Positions 1 to 13,192 of a stretch of 60,000 nucleotides of DNA are shown here, in pieces (position 1 is the first letter of the stretch; every line of letters begins with the position of its first letter). The notes beneath the pieces are model-generated. The model was not told the DNA's origin. It worked only from the letters and a program-made list of their open reading frames with translations, and did no database searches. The stretch is from Malacoraja senta (taxonomy: Eukaryota). The position numbers and the translations under genes are program-made. Location of the stretch: assembly GCA_038087875.1 (NCBI GenBank), contig CM075988.1, positions 15,440,001 to 15,500,000 of the forward strand, read 5' to 3'.

Positions 1-402
1 AGCAGAATCGGCCTAAACTCTTAAGTTTAAGAATGACCAGTGTTCTCTTAAAAACATTCAAATCGCACAGAGGGACAGGCAAGTTGGCTACTGTGAGGTT
101 GCTTCTCCTACTTTGAGTGGGGGTTGGGAGTAAGATTTCAGGATCTTAGAATAAGATACAGTTTCAGGATAAGGAACCAGTCACTTAAGACTAATGCAGG
201 CTGCCAACTCTCACGCTTTGAGCGTGAGAGTCACGCATTTCAGCCAATTCTCACGCCCTTACGCTGATGACAGAATTCTCACGTTGTCTTCAATCCCTGC
301 ACAGCAAAGATCCTATAGCAGAGCTATACTACCTTTGCTGCAGTTTGTCTCTTTGCGCTACATGACAGCGATCTGTGCTGTCTGGAGAAGCGCGTCGGCC
401 TC

Positions 403-775
403 CCCGTGTGTCTCCTTGTGTGTGTCTCCTTGTGTGTGTGTGTGTGTGTGTGTGTCTCTGTGTCTCCCTGTGTGTGTGTCTCCCCGGGTGTGTGTCTGTC
501 TCCCTGTGTGTGTGTGTCTGTCTCCTTGTGTGTGTGTGTGCGTCTCCCTGTGTGTGTGTGTGTCTCCCTGTGTGTGTGTCTCCCCGTGTGTGTGTCTGTC
601 TGTCTCCCTGTGTGTGTGTGTGTGTCTGTCTCCTTGTGTGTGTGTGTGTGCGTCTCCCTGTGTGTGTGTGTCTCCCCGTGTGTGTGTCTGTCTGTCTCCC
701 CGTGTGTGTGTCTGTCTGTCTCCCTGTGTGTGTGTGTCTCTCTCTTCCTTTGTGTATGTGTCTCCCTCTGTGTCT
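403..775. repeat. Compound (GT)n/GTCTCCC microsatellite
   Basis: Directly visible. Confidence 0.95.
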
Positions 776-1592
776 GTTGTCACATCCTGGCCTTAGACAG
801 GGCTGCCAACTCTCACGATTTGAGTGTGAGAGTCACGCATTTCAACCAATTCTCACGCTGATGACAGAATTCTCACGCTGTCTTCAGTCCCTGCACAGTT
901 TGTCTCTTTGCGCCACATCACAGCGATCTGTGCAGTCTGGGGAAGTGCGTCAGTTGGTGTCTGTGACTGACGTCGCGTCTCTTCTTTCTTGGTTGGATGT
1001 GCAGCTGCTGACAACATGAAGCAGCCGGAGATAGAACTAACCAGGTGAATCAGTTGTAAATCATGGGGGGGACCACAATGAGGCCAAACATCCAGGACAG
1101 GGTTCGGCAACCTACGGCACATGGGCCAAATTCGTTTTTGCGGGATCGGGGCAGGCGAGCCGACCTGAGAACTGCAGTCAGTCCCTGGAACGCGAGCTGA
1201 TCTGGGAACGGCAGCCAGTCCCTGTGCATGCAGAATGCCACCTTGATCATTATGGACAAATTGGGCCAGCCATGTACATGTTGTATAACTCTGACTCTAT
1301 GCATATCTGAATGGGCTTAGAATGACCATTTAAGCAAAATTGCCCCCACTTTCCCCATTTTGATTCTTGAGATTAATATCCCTTTGCTCTGTTAACAGCG
1401 TTAAAGTACTTATGAGGTTGAGTCAGGAAAGGGAACATGTTATTTTTTTTTAGTTTGCGTTAATTTGTTAGTTGATTGTTTGTTGACTACCATAATTTCT
1501 GAAATGGTCTTAAAGTAACTTAACTGTTAAAAAGCAGAAATGTGATTTTTGTCCAAACAATTGGAACTTGCATAAAATATTTGCATTATTAG

Positions 1593-3626
1593 CAGGGCTG
1601 CCAACTCTCACGCATTGAGCGTGAGACTCACGCATTTCCCAAAATTCTCACGCTCTCACGCTGATCACAAAATTTCTCACGCTCAAAAATCTGCAGGTGC
1701 TGGAAGTTCAAAATAAAGCAAAAATTGTTTTAGAGGTGAGTAAAAACCATGAGAGGAATATAAGGTGAATGCATAGTCTTTTTCCCAGGATATGCGATTC
1801 AAGTACTAGAGGGGATTGGTTTAAAGCAGGGCTGTCAAACTACCAGCCCGCCGGATGATTTTGGGGGAAAAAAACATTTTGTTTCTCCCATGCAGATGGT
1901 GTGATAGGTGAAACACGGCGGCGGTGGTCCCAGCACCAACCCCCCTCCCCCTTCCCCCCTGAGGCATGGCACACACGTCCCACCCTCACCTCCGGCGGCT
2001 CTGTGTCCGTCGGCCGCTCTGTCCACACCCCATGGAGTTTTAACCCCGGCCCGGAGCCAGCAGCGGACCGGGTGAGTGGGGGCGTCGGTGCCGCCTCCGG
2101 AGCTGCGGGGATGAATCTCGGGCTAAGGCTCCGCTCCGATGCCCGACACCCGGGTCACTGACCCTTACCTCCCCTGGACCCCCAGGTCACTGACCCTCAC
2201 CTCCCCCAGACCCCAGCTGGACAAGGAGCATCTGGGCCGGCCCGCATTCCCGGGAGGGCGGGGGGAGGGAAACGCTCCCCGGGCATCGCCAAGTCTCCGC
2301 TTCACTGACACTGACACTGACACACTCTCATACACACACTGGCACACACAAGGTTTAAAGGGATATGGGCCAAATGCAGATAAATGGGACTAATTTAGAT
2401 GGGGCATCTTGATCTGCATGAACAAGTTGGGATGAAGGGCCTGTTTCCATGCTGTGAGGCTATGACACATTGTAGAAAGGATGCAATTGCTCTGGAGAGG
2501 ATCGATGAAGATGTTGGCAGGGCTGGAATTTTCTTTTCAAATTGAAGAAAGATTTGATAACTGGTATTGTATTCTCTGCAGCAACGGAGGTGAAGAAAAA
2601 GCTTAGTTGAGGTGAATAATATTATGAGAATAGGACCTGTTTTGCTTAACAAATAGTGTAGGAAGGAATTGCAGAAGCTGGTTTAAACTGAAGATAGACA
2701 CTAAAAACTAGAAAAACTCAGGACAGGCAGCATCTCTGGAGAGAAAGAATGGGTGATGTTTCAGGTCGAGACATTCAGCCTGAAGAGGTTGAAAACCAGC
2801 CATAAAAAACACAATGACTGGACATGTGTGTTATCCAACTAAGGGCAGAAATTTGAATCATGTGTTCATCTTTATTCACGTGACACCATATATTACAGAA
2901 AAAAAATAATTTAATGGGGTGGCACGGTGGCGCAGCGGTAGAGTTGCTGCCTTACTACCACATGGGTTTTCTCTGGATATTCCGGTTTCTCCCATATCCG
3001 AAAGAAGTGCTGGTTTGTAGGTTAATTGGCTTCTGTAAATTGTCCCTGGCGTGATGGATGGAATTGGTGTATGATAGATTGCTGGTCGGTGTGGACTTGG
3101 TGGCCTGAAGGGCCTGTTTCCATATATATTTTTACATATATATCTTAATTTCATTGAACCATATATGATTGAATATGTGGCATTATTTTTATCTTGTTTC
3201 CATATTCAAAGGGTAATGTTGATTGATTTATTTGTGTAGAACAGTGATGGAAGTCTGACTTTTGCTTTGTTTCTCTGTGTTTTTATCTATATATATGCAT
3301 AACAGCATGAATATAATCTGATTTCCATACATGAATATAGTCATTCATGTGCTGCACCTGTTGATCAGAGCCTGGCTCTATTGTGGAATGTAATTAGGAA
3401 TATAATTTTGCCTAACTTTATTCATACCTAATCCAATTTAAAGCATAAATGTTGCATTCAAGTGTAAGTTAAAAGACTCGCTACAGTATGCACCAGATTG
3501 CACAATTTCAAGCTGAAAATGCAAAAGCTCCCTACCGTGGGAGGGGGGACACCCCCTCCCACCCTCGGTCACTACGCTCCCTCTCAATTTCTCACTCTCA
3601 ACTCTCACCCAATGTTGGCAGCCCTG
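1593..3626. mobile_element. hAT-like non-autonomous DNA transposon with nested repeats
   Basis: Inverted termini CAGGGCTGCCAAC ... GTTGGCAGCCCTG; further left-end copies at 197 and 798; no clean 8-bp TSD. Confidence 0.5.
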
Positions 3627-5339
3627 CTAATATAAGGAGGAATGCCATCTCTACATTTCTCTACTCCTCCCCTCACTTGCCCCAGGAAACTGCAGAGGCC
3701 AATTCAATCGAGTTTACTCGAGCCGAATGGATGAATGTTTGGACTGAAGTGAAATTAATTATGGGGATCAGCAGGAGAAATGGAGTTGAGGTCATGAACA
3801 GATCAGCTGGGGGCAGGGGTCAAGGGTCACATGGCTGGTCCAGAACTTCAAAAAGATCTACATTTAAAGCACTTGGAGACCATCATGGTCCTAAAAGATG
3901 TTCTATGATTACTCATCTCACTTGCCCAGACGCCATCATCAGTAATGTACAATTTTGAGCGGCCAAGTCCTTCTCGCTGCCTTCCATCGTACAGTCCCAC
4001 TGCATTGAAGTATTTACTGCTCAAGCAAACATTTAATGTTTGCCAAACTAACATCAAACTTTCATGTCGTGAGGTTGATCACTTGTCCTTTTCTCTCAAG
4101 TGTTATTTGTTCCAGGACAACTGCAAGTCACAAGTGGCCCAAATACCATGGAACTCTGCGTTCTGACCGGTGTCATTGCACCAACTCCTTCTTCTCAAAT
4201 AACATACCCTGCCTAAATCAAGTTGTAGCAACAGCCAATGCTCACACATCCCTTCAAACTTATCCAAAGGCCACTCCTCACAGGAACAGGAGAAGTCCCT
4301 TCAGTCTCCTACATGTCGGTCTGGGGAGTGAGAGTTCACCAGTTGTCCTTTGTGACTATCTGATAGAAAATCTTAACTACTGGTGCAAACCCACAAATGA
4401 CAACTTCTCGGTTTAAAATAAACTGCTTGCATGTCTGAGGTTGGTCCAGTGAAATACAATAAATAACGACAATTATCCATTCATGTGACCATTGTGAGAT
4501 ATTTTCAACCAAAGGCAATATCTTTGTTGCTTAACACCCATTCTGGGAGAATGGGCTGAACAAGGTTAAGGATCACATATACAGACGGTGATGAACAAGA
4601 CCACAAGGCTGTTGATAGCATCTGTGGCAGTACAGTGGTGCAGCTAGTAAGACCGCTGCTTCATAGCGCTAGAGACACAGGTTCAATCCTAGCCTTGGGT
4701 TCTGCCTGTGTGGGGTTTGCAAGTTCTTCCTGTGTCCGCATGGATGCTCCGGTTTCCACCCACATTGCAAACTTGTGCGGGTTAGTAGGTTAATTGGCTG
4801 CTGTTACAAATTGGCCATAGTGTGCAGCTGAGTGATATAATCTGGATGGAGTTCATGAGATGAGGATTAGTGTAAATAGATGGCTGATGGTCAGCAAGGA
4901 CTTGGCGGGTCAAACGGCCTGTTTTCATGCAGTATCTCTCTATACTTACTTTTTATTAACTACGAATGTTTTGGACAGGTGCATGGATAGGACAGGTTTA
5001 GAGGGATATGGGACAAAAGCAAGCAGGTGGGACTAGTGTGGATGGGACATGTTGGCCGGTGTGGGCCAGTTGGGCTGAAGAGCCTGTTTCCACACTGTAA
5101 GACTCTATGATTCTACAACCAGAAGGTTAGTGCACTGGTTAGCCTATTAAACAACACTGTTGTAGACCATGATCAACAATAGACCATTCTACTGCTGGGA
5201 TCACATTAAAATGGAATCACACCCTCACTTTATTTGGAACTCACACATCCTCTACGCAGACGGAGTACTGGTCTGGTCTTCCTTCCCTGCTCAGGGTTTG
5301 AGGTCCCACTAGAGATTGGGTGCATTCAAAATCCGTGGG

Positions 5340-5660
5340 GCAGGATGGTGGAGCAGCGGTAGAGTTCCTGCCTTACACACATTTAATTGCTTGCATGTAA
5401 TTGCCGAGTTCGATCCTGACTACGGGTGCTGTCCTTACGGAGTTTATACATTCTCCCATTGACCTGCGTGGGTTTCCTCCGAGATCTTCGGTTTCCTCCC
5501 ACACTTCAAAGATGTACAGGTATGTAAGTTAATTGGCTTTGGTACAAGTGTAAATTGTCCCAAGTATGTGTCGGATGGTGTTAATGTGCGGGGATCGCTG
5601 GACGGTGCGGACTCAGTGGGCTGAAGGGCCTGTTTCTGCGCTGTATCTCTAAACTAAAAA
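5340..5660 (+). mobile_element. tRNA-derived V-SINE (HE1-like)
   Basis: A/B-box head, conserved core GGTTTCCTCCCACAC, CR1-like tail GAAGGGCCTGTTTC..CTAAACTAAA; similar copies at ~2917, 4625, 6055, 9911, 24395, 43140, 43700, 52680. Confidence 0.85.
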
Positions 5661-7352
5661 CACTGAGATAAAATGCTTACATTGTGCAGATGCTGGAAGT
5701 CTGAAATAAAAAGAGTAGGTGGCAGAACATTTCAGCAGATCAGGCAGCATGGGTGGAACGAAAAACTTCAGGTGTGAGAACTTTTCATCGGAGCATGGAG
5801 TCTTTCTGGCATTTCTGGTTTTACAACAGTGTTAGTCATAGGCTATGATGAGATTAGGAGTTGGAATCCTCATGTTCATTGCTCTACAGGGTGAGGCTCC
5901 AGCCTTCGGCCTGTGTTCCCACTCATCACACTCACTCACCACAGGCTAACTGCTGCATCTCCACCCATTGGCAGTGTCCCAACTAAATCTCACCATCTGT
6001 TACTGTCAACTCAATCAGTCAGAAGAATGATTCCAACCGGAAACATTGTATATCCGGCGCAGCGGTGGAGTTGCTGCCTCACAGCAAAATGCAGCGCCGG
6101 AGAGCCGGGTTCGATCCCGACTACGGGTGCTGTCTGTACGGAGTCTGTACTTTCTCCCCATGATCTGCGTGGGTTTTATCCGAGAACTTCGGTTTCCTCC
6201 CACACTCCAAAGACGTACAGGTTTGTAGGTTAATTGGCTTGATAAATGTAAAAAATGTCCAGTATAAAATTGTCCAGCTTCCAGTATAGTCCCTGGTGGA
6301 CTCTTCGGAAGCAATGACGACAAGGTTATTACCCTCCACGGATGCTGCCTGACCCGCTGTTAATCCAACGCTTCCCGTTTCGTTCAATCTCACACAGTTC
6401 AGTATCAGCACGGTGGCACTGTTCTTCATTCACCCATCTCCACAATGACTCGACACAATAGCCCGACCCCACAACACCACACCACACGGCTTCAATGTCC
6501 CCATTAAAACAGAAAGTGCTGGATGGAGTAAAACTCAGCGGGTCAGACGGCATCTCTGGATGGTGAGAAGAGGGAGGCGCAGTTTCGGGTCAGGACCCTT
6601 CTACGGACTGAGTGACCCGCTGAGTTACTCCAGCACTTTGTGTTTTGCTCACGATCCCAACATCTGCAATTCCATGTGTCTTCAACTTCGGACCTGAAAC
6701 ATTAACTGATTCTCTTTCCACAAATGCTGAGTGGTTTCAGCGGTTTTGTGTGTGGGGGTGGTGTGTGTGTGTGTGTTGGAGGTGGGGGGATGGGTGTTTT
6801 TGTTTTGTTTGTTTAACTCAGCCAAGCCCTCACATCCAGGAGTAATTGAAGCACAAGGGGTATTGAAAAAGGCCATTCAACCTGTCCTGCCATTAACTTG
6901 CATCATGGCCGACCCACAATGTAAATCGGCAGGCTCTCCAGTCTATTGTATGTAAGAACCGACCAGAGATGATTGTCCCTATGGAAAGCTGCGGGCAGGT
7001 TTATCTGCAGGACTTTGTGCAGCTGAGATTTCAATGCCTTCCACACACAAGTCCAATATTCCGCAACCCTATTCACTGCGAGTTTATATCTGGTAGTGGG
7101 ACAGAGTTTAAGTGGAACGGGTTTGATGCTTTGTATTCCAAACGTGTAACAAGACGAAACATTGAACCTTTAAAACAAAATAACTCTTACGCCCTACATC
7201 CCAGCCAACGAAACCTACTCTACAACCTGCCACACTAAGTTTTAAAGAACGTCATTGATTGACCAGGAGACCCTGAAATTGTGTTGGGATTGAGGGGACG
7301 GGGGTGTAGAAGGATTTCCCGAGCAATCGTGTCCCAGTCCGAGACGACTTAC

Positions 7353-7404
7353 CTGCGAGTATCGCCGCCATGAACACAGTCCGCGACAAGATATGGGGCC
7401 ACAT
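7353..7404 (-). CDS. First coding (signal-peptide) exon of a membrane/secreted protein gene running off the left edge; probably MPZL2-like by synteny
   Basis: MWPHILSRTVFMAAILA-G|gtaagt, phase 1, in a CpG-rich segment; MPZL2 is head-to-head with CD3E in mammals; no downstream exon found in the window. Confidence 0.6.
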
Positions 7405-7600
7405 CGACACGCAGATCCACCTTGGCTGTGGGTTTCTTTTCCTCTGGGTGTAAAGTGAACGTCGAGGCGGAGGACAGAGGTCGAGACCGGGAACCTCCGG
7501 GCGGGAGAACAAGTCGCGGATCCGGAGCCCAGCAACAAAGGAATGGGAGGCGGGGCAAGTCCCTTAAAACAGCCACACCGATCCTCGCCAAGTAGTTCCA
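7405..7600 (-). promoter_or_regulatory. CpG-rich 5'UTR/promoter of the leftward gene
   Basis: High CpG density; GC box gggaggcggggc at ~7545-7556. Confidence 0.5.
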
Positions 7601-8715
7601 AGAAAGTTTTTTTTTTTTAGCTCCATCGCAGTTTTCGAGGATTCCCAAATTCACAATATTTTGTTTGGAAATTTGATGTTGTGTCGCATATATTTGCACG
7701 ACTGGCAAATGTGAATCAGGCAACCGTGTTTTTTTTTTAAAAGTATAGAAACAAAGAAATGCAGACGCTGGTTTATTGCAAAGATAAGAGACAAAATGTT
7801 GCTGCAACTCAGCGGGTCAGGCAGCATCTCTGGAGAAAAAGGTATGGGTGACTTTTCGGGTCGAGACCCATCTTCAGACTGAAAGTAGGGAGGAGGTGAA
7901 GCACTAGAAACGAAAAACGACCTGCAAAAAAAGTATGTGTGTGTATCTTATATCTATATCTATATATTTATCATTGCACTTGCATTTATGGAGCTACTGT
8001 CAGGATTTCGGGACTTTTCCAGCGCTTTACATCATCTGAGATACTGAACAGTGGTGACCATTATAAACGCGACATCCAATTCACACGGACAATTGTGGGT
8101 CAATTAAGATTGCAATGTTCCTTTTTTGTGGTGGATAAACATGTCTATTTTGGATATCAGTTTGGAGTTTCCTTCCAACTGCAGCGACGGAGAACAGCAA
8201 CACGAATGCAACAGGGCGAGTGCATTTTCCCCACAGAGAGACACTTATAGTGAGTGGGGCCCTCCTCTATTCCCCAAAGGACCGTCCTAAATTCAACACC
8301 ACCTGGCCTCACCGCAGGAGACTGCGCCTGGAGATTGCCACACCGCGGCGCCAGAGGCCACCACAGCATGTTGTAGCGACTTTAATCTAAAACTGAGACC
8401 TTAAATGGAAACAAAACAAACCACAAAGTTATGAGGAATGACTTGTCAGTGGTAGATTGGGAAAATGACATTATAACGTATGACTATGATTTATAATTAG
8501 CACAGCGTTTATAACAAATATATATATACTTTTTTTGAAAACCCAACAGGAAATGTGATCTACCCATAGCTAACTAAATAAAATAGTAGATTGACACAAA
8601 AAGCTGGAGTAACTCAGCAGGACAGGCAGCATCGCTGGAGAGAAGGAATGGGCGACATTTCGGGTCGAGACCCTTCTTCAGACTGAGAGTCAGGGGAGAG
8701 AGAAACAAGAACAAG

Positions 8716-8935
8716 CACAGACTGGGCGATCGTTTCGCTGAACACCTTCGCTCAGTCCGCCTTGGCCTACCTGATCTCCCGGTTACCAATCACGTTAAAT
8801 CCCCTTCCCATTCCCACACTGACCTTTCTTTCCTGGGCCTCCTCCACTTTCAGAGTGAGGCCAAATGCAAATTGGAGGAACAGCACCTCATATTTTGCTT
8901 GGGCAGCTTACAACCCAGCGGTATCAATATTGATT
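8716..8935 (+). mobile_element. Penelope-like element fragment (GIY-YIG endonuclease C-terminus)
   Basis: Translates RLGDRFAEHLRSV...LEEQHLIFCLGSLQPSGINID. Confidence 0.75.
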
Positions 8936-9029
8936 TATCTTGGTATTTATTATGGTGTTAACAGAATGCAAGTAAAAATGTCATTGTTCATATTTGGGAC
9001 ATTTATACTTAAGAGATACATTGCATGTA

Positions 9030-9300
9030 TCCTTCGGCCACCGAGTCCATGCCGACCAGCGATCACCCTGTACACTAGCACTATCATACACTAGGGACAA
9101 TTTGCAATTAACAGAAACCAGATAACCTACAAAACTGTATGTCTTTGCAGTGTGGGAGGAAACCGGAGCACTCGGAGAAAACCCACGCGGTCACAGGGAG
9201 AACGTGCAAACTCCGTACAGACAGCACCCATTGTCAGGATCAAACCCGGGTGTCAGGCACTGTGAGGCAACAACTCTACTGCTGCATGACTGTACCGCCC
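9030..9300 (-). mobile_element. V-SINE (HE1-like)
   Basis: Reverse complement of the same SINE consensus. Confidence 0.8.
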
Positions 9301-10801
9301 TCATATTGACGTATGATTATAAAACACTTGACTCTTGACTCATGAAAGGAAAATATCAGTAAAGCTTAATGTGGTCTCTTACTGTCTGAAGGAAGGAAAG
9401 TTACATTTGTGGAAATAAAGAAATGGCAGAGAAATTAAACCATTATTCTGAATGTCTTCACAGAGGAAACTGCATCTAATGAAAAGTCTTAAACCTGTAA
9501 CACTAACTCCATTCATCTCTCTCCACTGATGCTGACTTACCTGCTGCGTGTTTCGACATGCACTTACTTTTCAGCCTTTAAATATAGTGGGAGTAGGGTT
9601 TGCCCGGTTGGAAGGGAAGACATCGAAGGACAGGTGCTGCAACCTGCATTGACATGGGAGTGTGTTATTAAAAGGAGAGCGAGAACTGGTCCTGACAGGC
9701 AAGAGGGTGAAAGGTTACCATGAGAAGCTGGGAAGGTAGAGTTCATCTCACAATCAGATCAGCAATCGATCGATCAATTGATCAAACGATAAAATCAATC
9801 AGTCTTCCTAATGAATGATAGGCCAGGCTGGAAGGGCCAAGTGGTCCATTCCTACCCATTCACATATTTTTAATGATTTATTGTATTTTATTTCTGCTTA
9901 AGTAACCTAGGGGGTGGCACAGTGGAGCAGTGAGTAGAGCTGCTGCCTCACAGTGCTGGAGACCTGGGTTTCAATCCTGATCTTAGCCTCTGTCTGTGTG
10001 AAGTTTGCACGCTCTCCCTGTGACCGCATGAGGTTTCCCTGTTTCCCCCCACATCCCAAAGGCTGTGTGGCTCGGTAGGTTAATTTTCCTCTGTAAATTG
10101 CCCCTCAGTGTGTGGGTGAGGGTTAGAATGTGACGGAAATTGATGACAATCAGGGGAGAATAAAATGTATGGAAAATTGTAGATACATGGTTGATTGTTG
10201 GCTCAGCGGGCCGAAGAGCCTTGTTTCAATGCTGTATGACTCGCAGTCTAATTGCAAGGAACCTCAAACACAGAGTCAGCACCAGTCACGGGCTTTCAGA
10301 ATACGTAGTTTTACTGAAGTAGAAGTGGGCCAGATCTCAAGCAACACGAGAAGGAGTACAGGAAGAAGACAGTGAGCTGAGTAGCATGACGTCAAGATAA
10401 CAACCTCTCCCTCAATGTCAACAAAACACTGATTTGAAAAAGTGGGTGGAGTACACACACTAATCAGTAGAATGGTGCTGAAATGGAGATTGACAAGAGC
10501 TTCAAGTTCTGAGGTGCAAATATCACCGACTGTTTGTCCTAGTCAAACCCATTGACACATTGACTTTACAGCCAAGATAGCACAGCAATGCCTCTACTTC
10601 CTCAGAAATGCAATGTGTCTCCAACAGCTTTTACCAATTCTACAGATTCACCACAGAAAACGTCCCATTGGGATGTATAACAGCTTGAGATGCAAACTGC
10701 CCTGCCCAAGACTGCAAGAAATTGCAGAGAGTTATGAACACAGCCTAGTCCATCACCCGAACCAGCCTCCCCCATTGTCATCGATTCCATCTACACCATG
10801 T

Positions 10802-12600
10802 TAGAAACATAGAAGCATAGTTGATGCAGGAGTAGGCCATTCGGCCCTTCGAGCCAGCACCGCCATTCAATGTGATCATAGCTGATCATCCAGAATCAGT
10901 ACCCTGTTTCTGCTTTCTCCACGTATCTCTTGATTCCATTAGCCCTAAGAGCCACATCCAACTCTCTCTTGGGTACATCTAGTGAATTGGCCTCCACTGC
11001 CTTCAGTGATAAAGAATTCCACAGATTCACAACTCTCTGGGTGAAAAAGATTTTCCTCATCTCAATCGTAAATGGCCTACCCCTTATTCTTAAACTGTGA
11101 TCCCTGGTTCTGGACTCCCCAACATTGGGAACATTTTTTCCTGCATCTAGCCTGTCCAATCCATTAATAATTCTATGTGTTTCTATAAGATATCCTCTCA
11201 TCCTTCTAAATTCCAGTGAATATAAGCCCAGTCGATCCATTCTTTCATCATATGTCAGTCCCGCCATCCTGGGAATTAACCTGGTGAACCGACGCTGAAC
11301 TCCCTCAATAGCAAGAATGTCCTTCCTCAAACTAGGAGACCAGAACTGCACACAATAGGGGGGTTGCACGTAAGGTCACCGGGTCATATGGCTTGATGCA
11401 CGGAGCCGCTCAATCCATCTGGAAGACATCCGTCACTTCCGGTATATGTTATTAATGCTAGAAACACGTACTTTCCTACCTGTTAAAAACCACCAAAATG
11501 TTGAATTTTTTTGCTGTAAAAAAGTGTGTAAGTCGGGGTAAGTGTGAGAGACATGTACCCAACTTCAGAATTCCAAAAGTGAAGCGAAATGAAGGTAAAT
11601 AGAAGCGAGAGCTGAAGGGACAACAACAGCTAAAGTGCTTGGTGAACATTGGCCGTGCAGATATCGGAATTGGAAATATTGGGATTTATCGCGTTTGCTC
11701 ACTGCATTTCATCAACAGTAAGGCATTATTTGTTTTTTTTCTTGATTTCTTTGGTATCTAAAAAGTCTCAGAAGTGGTAAATCTGGTTGTAAATTTTGCT
11801 TCAGAGGCGTTTTATTTTTGTATGTAAAAACCCACGAGAACCAGGAGCGATTTTAAAATTTTACAGCCAGATTTATCCCTTCTGAAACTTTTTAGATGCC
11901 AAAGGAATCAAGAAAAAACACAAATAATGCCTTAGTTGATGAAATGCAGTGAGCAAACGGCCAATGTTCGCCAAGCATTCTGGCTGTTGTTGTTCCTTTC
12001 AGCTCTCGCTTCTATCTACCGTCATTTCTCCTCACTTTTTGAATTCTGAAGTAGGCTAAATGTCTCCCACGCTTATCCCGATTTCCATAATTATTTACAG
12101 CGCAAAAATGGACAATTTCGGCGGGTTTTAACGGGCCCGCTACGCTGGAAACAATGGTAAGTGCTTGCCCGCAGTTCATCGCGTGTACTCCATTGGGCGT
12201 AGCGTAGCAACAGTACGGGTCATGGGGTCGTGACCCGACTGCCGTGAAACCTCCCTATACTCCAGGTGCGGTCTCACAACAGGGCCCTGTACAACTGCAG
12301 TAGGACCTCCTTGCTCCTATACTCAAATTCTCTAGTTATGAAGGCCAACATGCCATTTGCTTTCTTCACTACCTGCTGTACCTGCATGCTTACTTTCAGT
12401 GACTGATGCACAAGGACACCCAGGTCTCGTTGCAACTCCTCTTTTCCTAATCTGACACCATTCAGATAATAATCTGCCTTCTTGTTCTTGCCACCAAAGT
12501 GGATAACGTCATATTTACCCATATTATATTGCATCTGCCATGCATCTGCCCAATCACCCAACATATCCAAGTCACCCTGCAGCCTCACAGCATCCTCATC
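10802..12600 (-). mobile_element. CR1-clade LINE 3' fragment, split by a MITE
   Basis: ORFs 12274-12588 and 10896-11369 (YCVQFWSP..GLYSLEFRRMRG..FFTQRVVNLWN) are contiguous once 11357-12256 is removed. Confidence 0.9.
11357..12256. mobile_element. 900-bp foldback MITE, ISL2EU/Harbinger-related
   Basis: TIRs AGGGGGGTTGCACG / CGTGAAACCTCCCT, AT target duplication (host cacaATactcc), long imperfect internal palindrome. Confidence 0.75.
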
Positions 12601-13109
12601 GGGAGAGCAGCCAACATAATCAAGTGTTATTCACATCAGTCATTCTCTCTTCTCCCCTCACCTGTCAGGCAGAAGACACAACTTGAAAGCACATAGCACC
12701 AGATTCAGGAATAGCTGCTTCCCCGTTGTTATAAAACTCTTGAACAACTTATGTTAAGGATGCATTCTTGATCTTACAATCTACTTTGTTGCGGCTCTTT
12801 CATTTGTTTCAAGTCTGCCTTTTCTCTGTAACTGTAAAACAATATTCTGTACTCTAATTTATTTTCTCTTTTGCACTCTGATGGACACATGTCGGGTATA
12901 ATTTAACGGGATAGTGTGCAAAACAATGTTTTTCACTGTATCTCGTGACAATAATAATAAACCAATAATAGAAAGGACATCTCAAAGATGTCTGAAGGCA
13001 CAAGAGTCTGCAGATGCTGGAATCCTGAGAAAAAATTAAGTGCTGGAGGATCTCAGTGGGCCAGGCAGCATCTGTGGAGGGAATGGACAGACCCTTTATC
13101 AGGCGCTGC

Positions 13110-13192
13110 TGCTGCAGTATCGCTTTGCTGGCAGCAGGTGGCGATGTAGACTACATCAACTCATAAAGGGATCATCAGCGCCCTCTGCTGTG
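13110..13192. promoter_or_regulatory. Pair of candidate CTCF sites
   Basis: TGGCAGCAGGTGGCGAT (13129-13145, with upstream CTGCAGTA module) and reverse-strand CACAGCAGAGGGCGCTG (13176-13192). Confidence 0.55.

Noticed and set aside
194..1019. Long Cys/Val- and Thr/His-rich ORFs
   Set aside because: Translation of a (GT)n compound microsatellite
6055..6130. tRNA-like sequence with A/B boxes
   Set aside because: Head of the V-SINE family and continues into the SINE core; the same applies to the other copies
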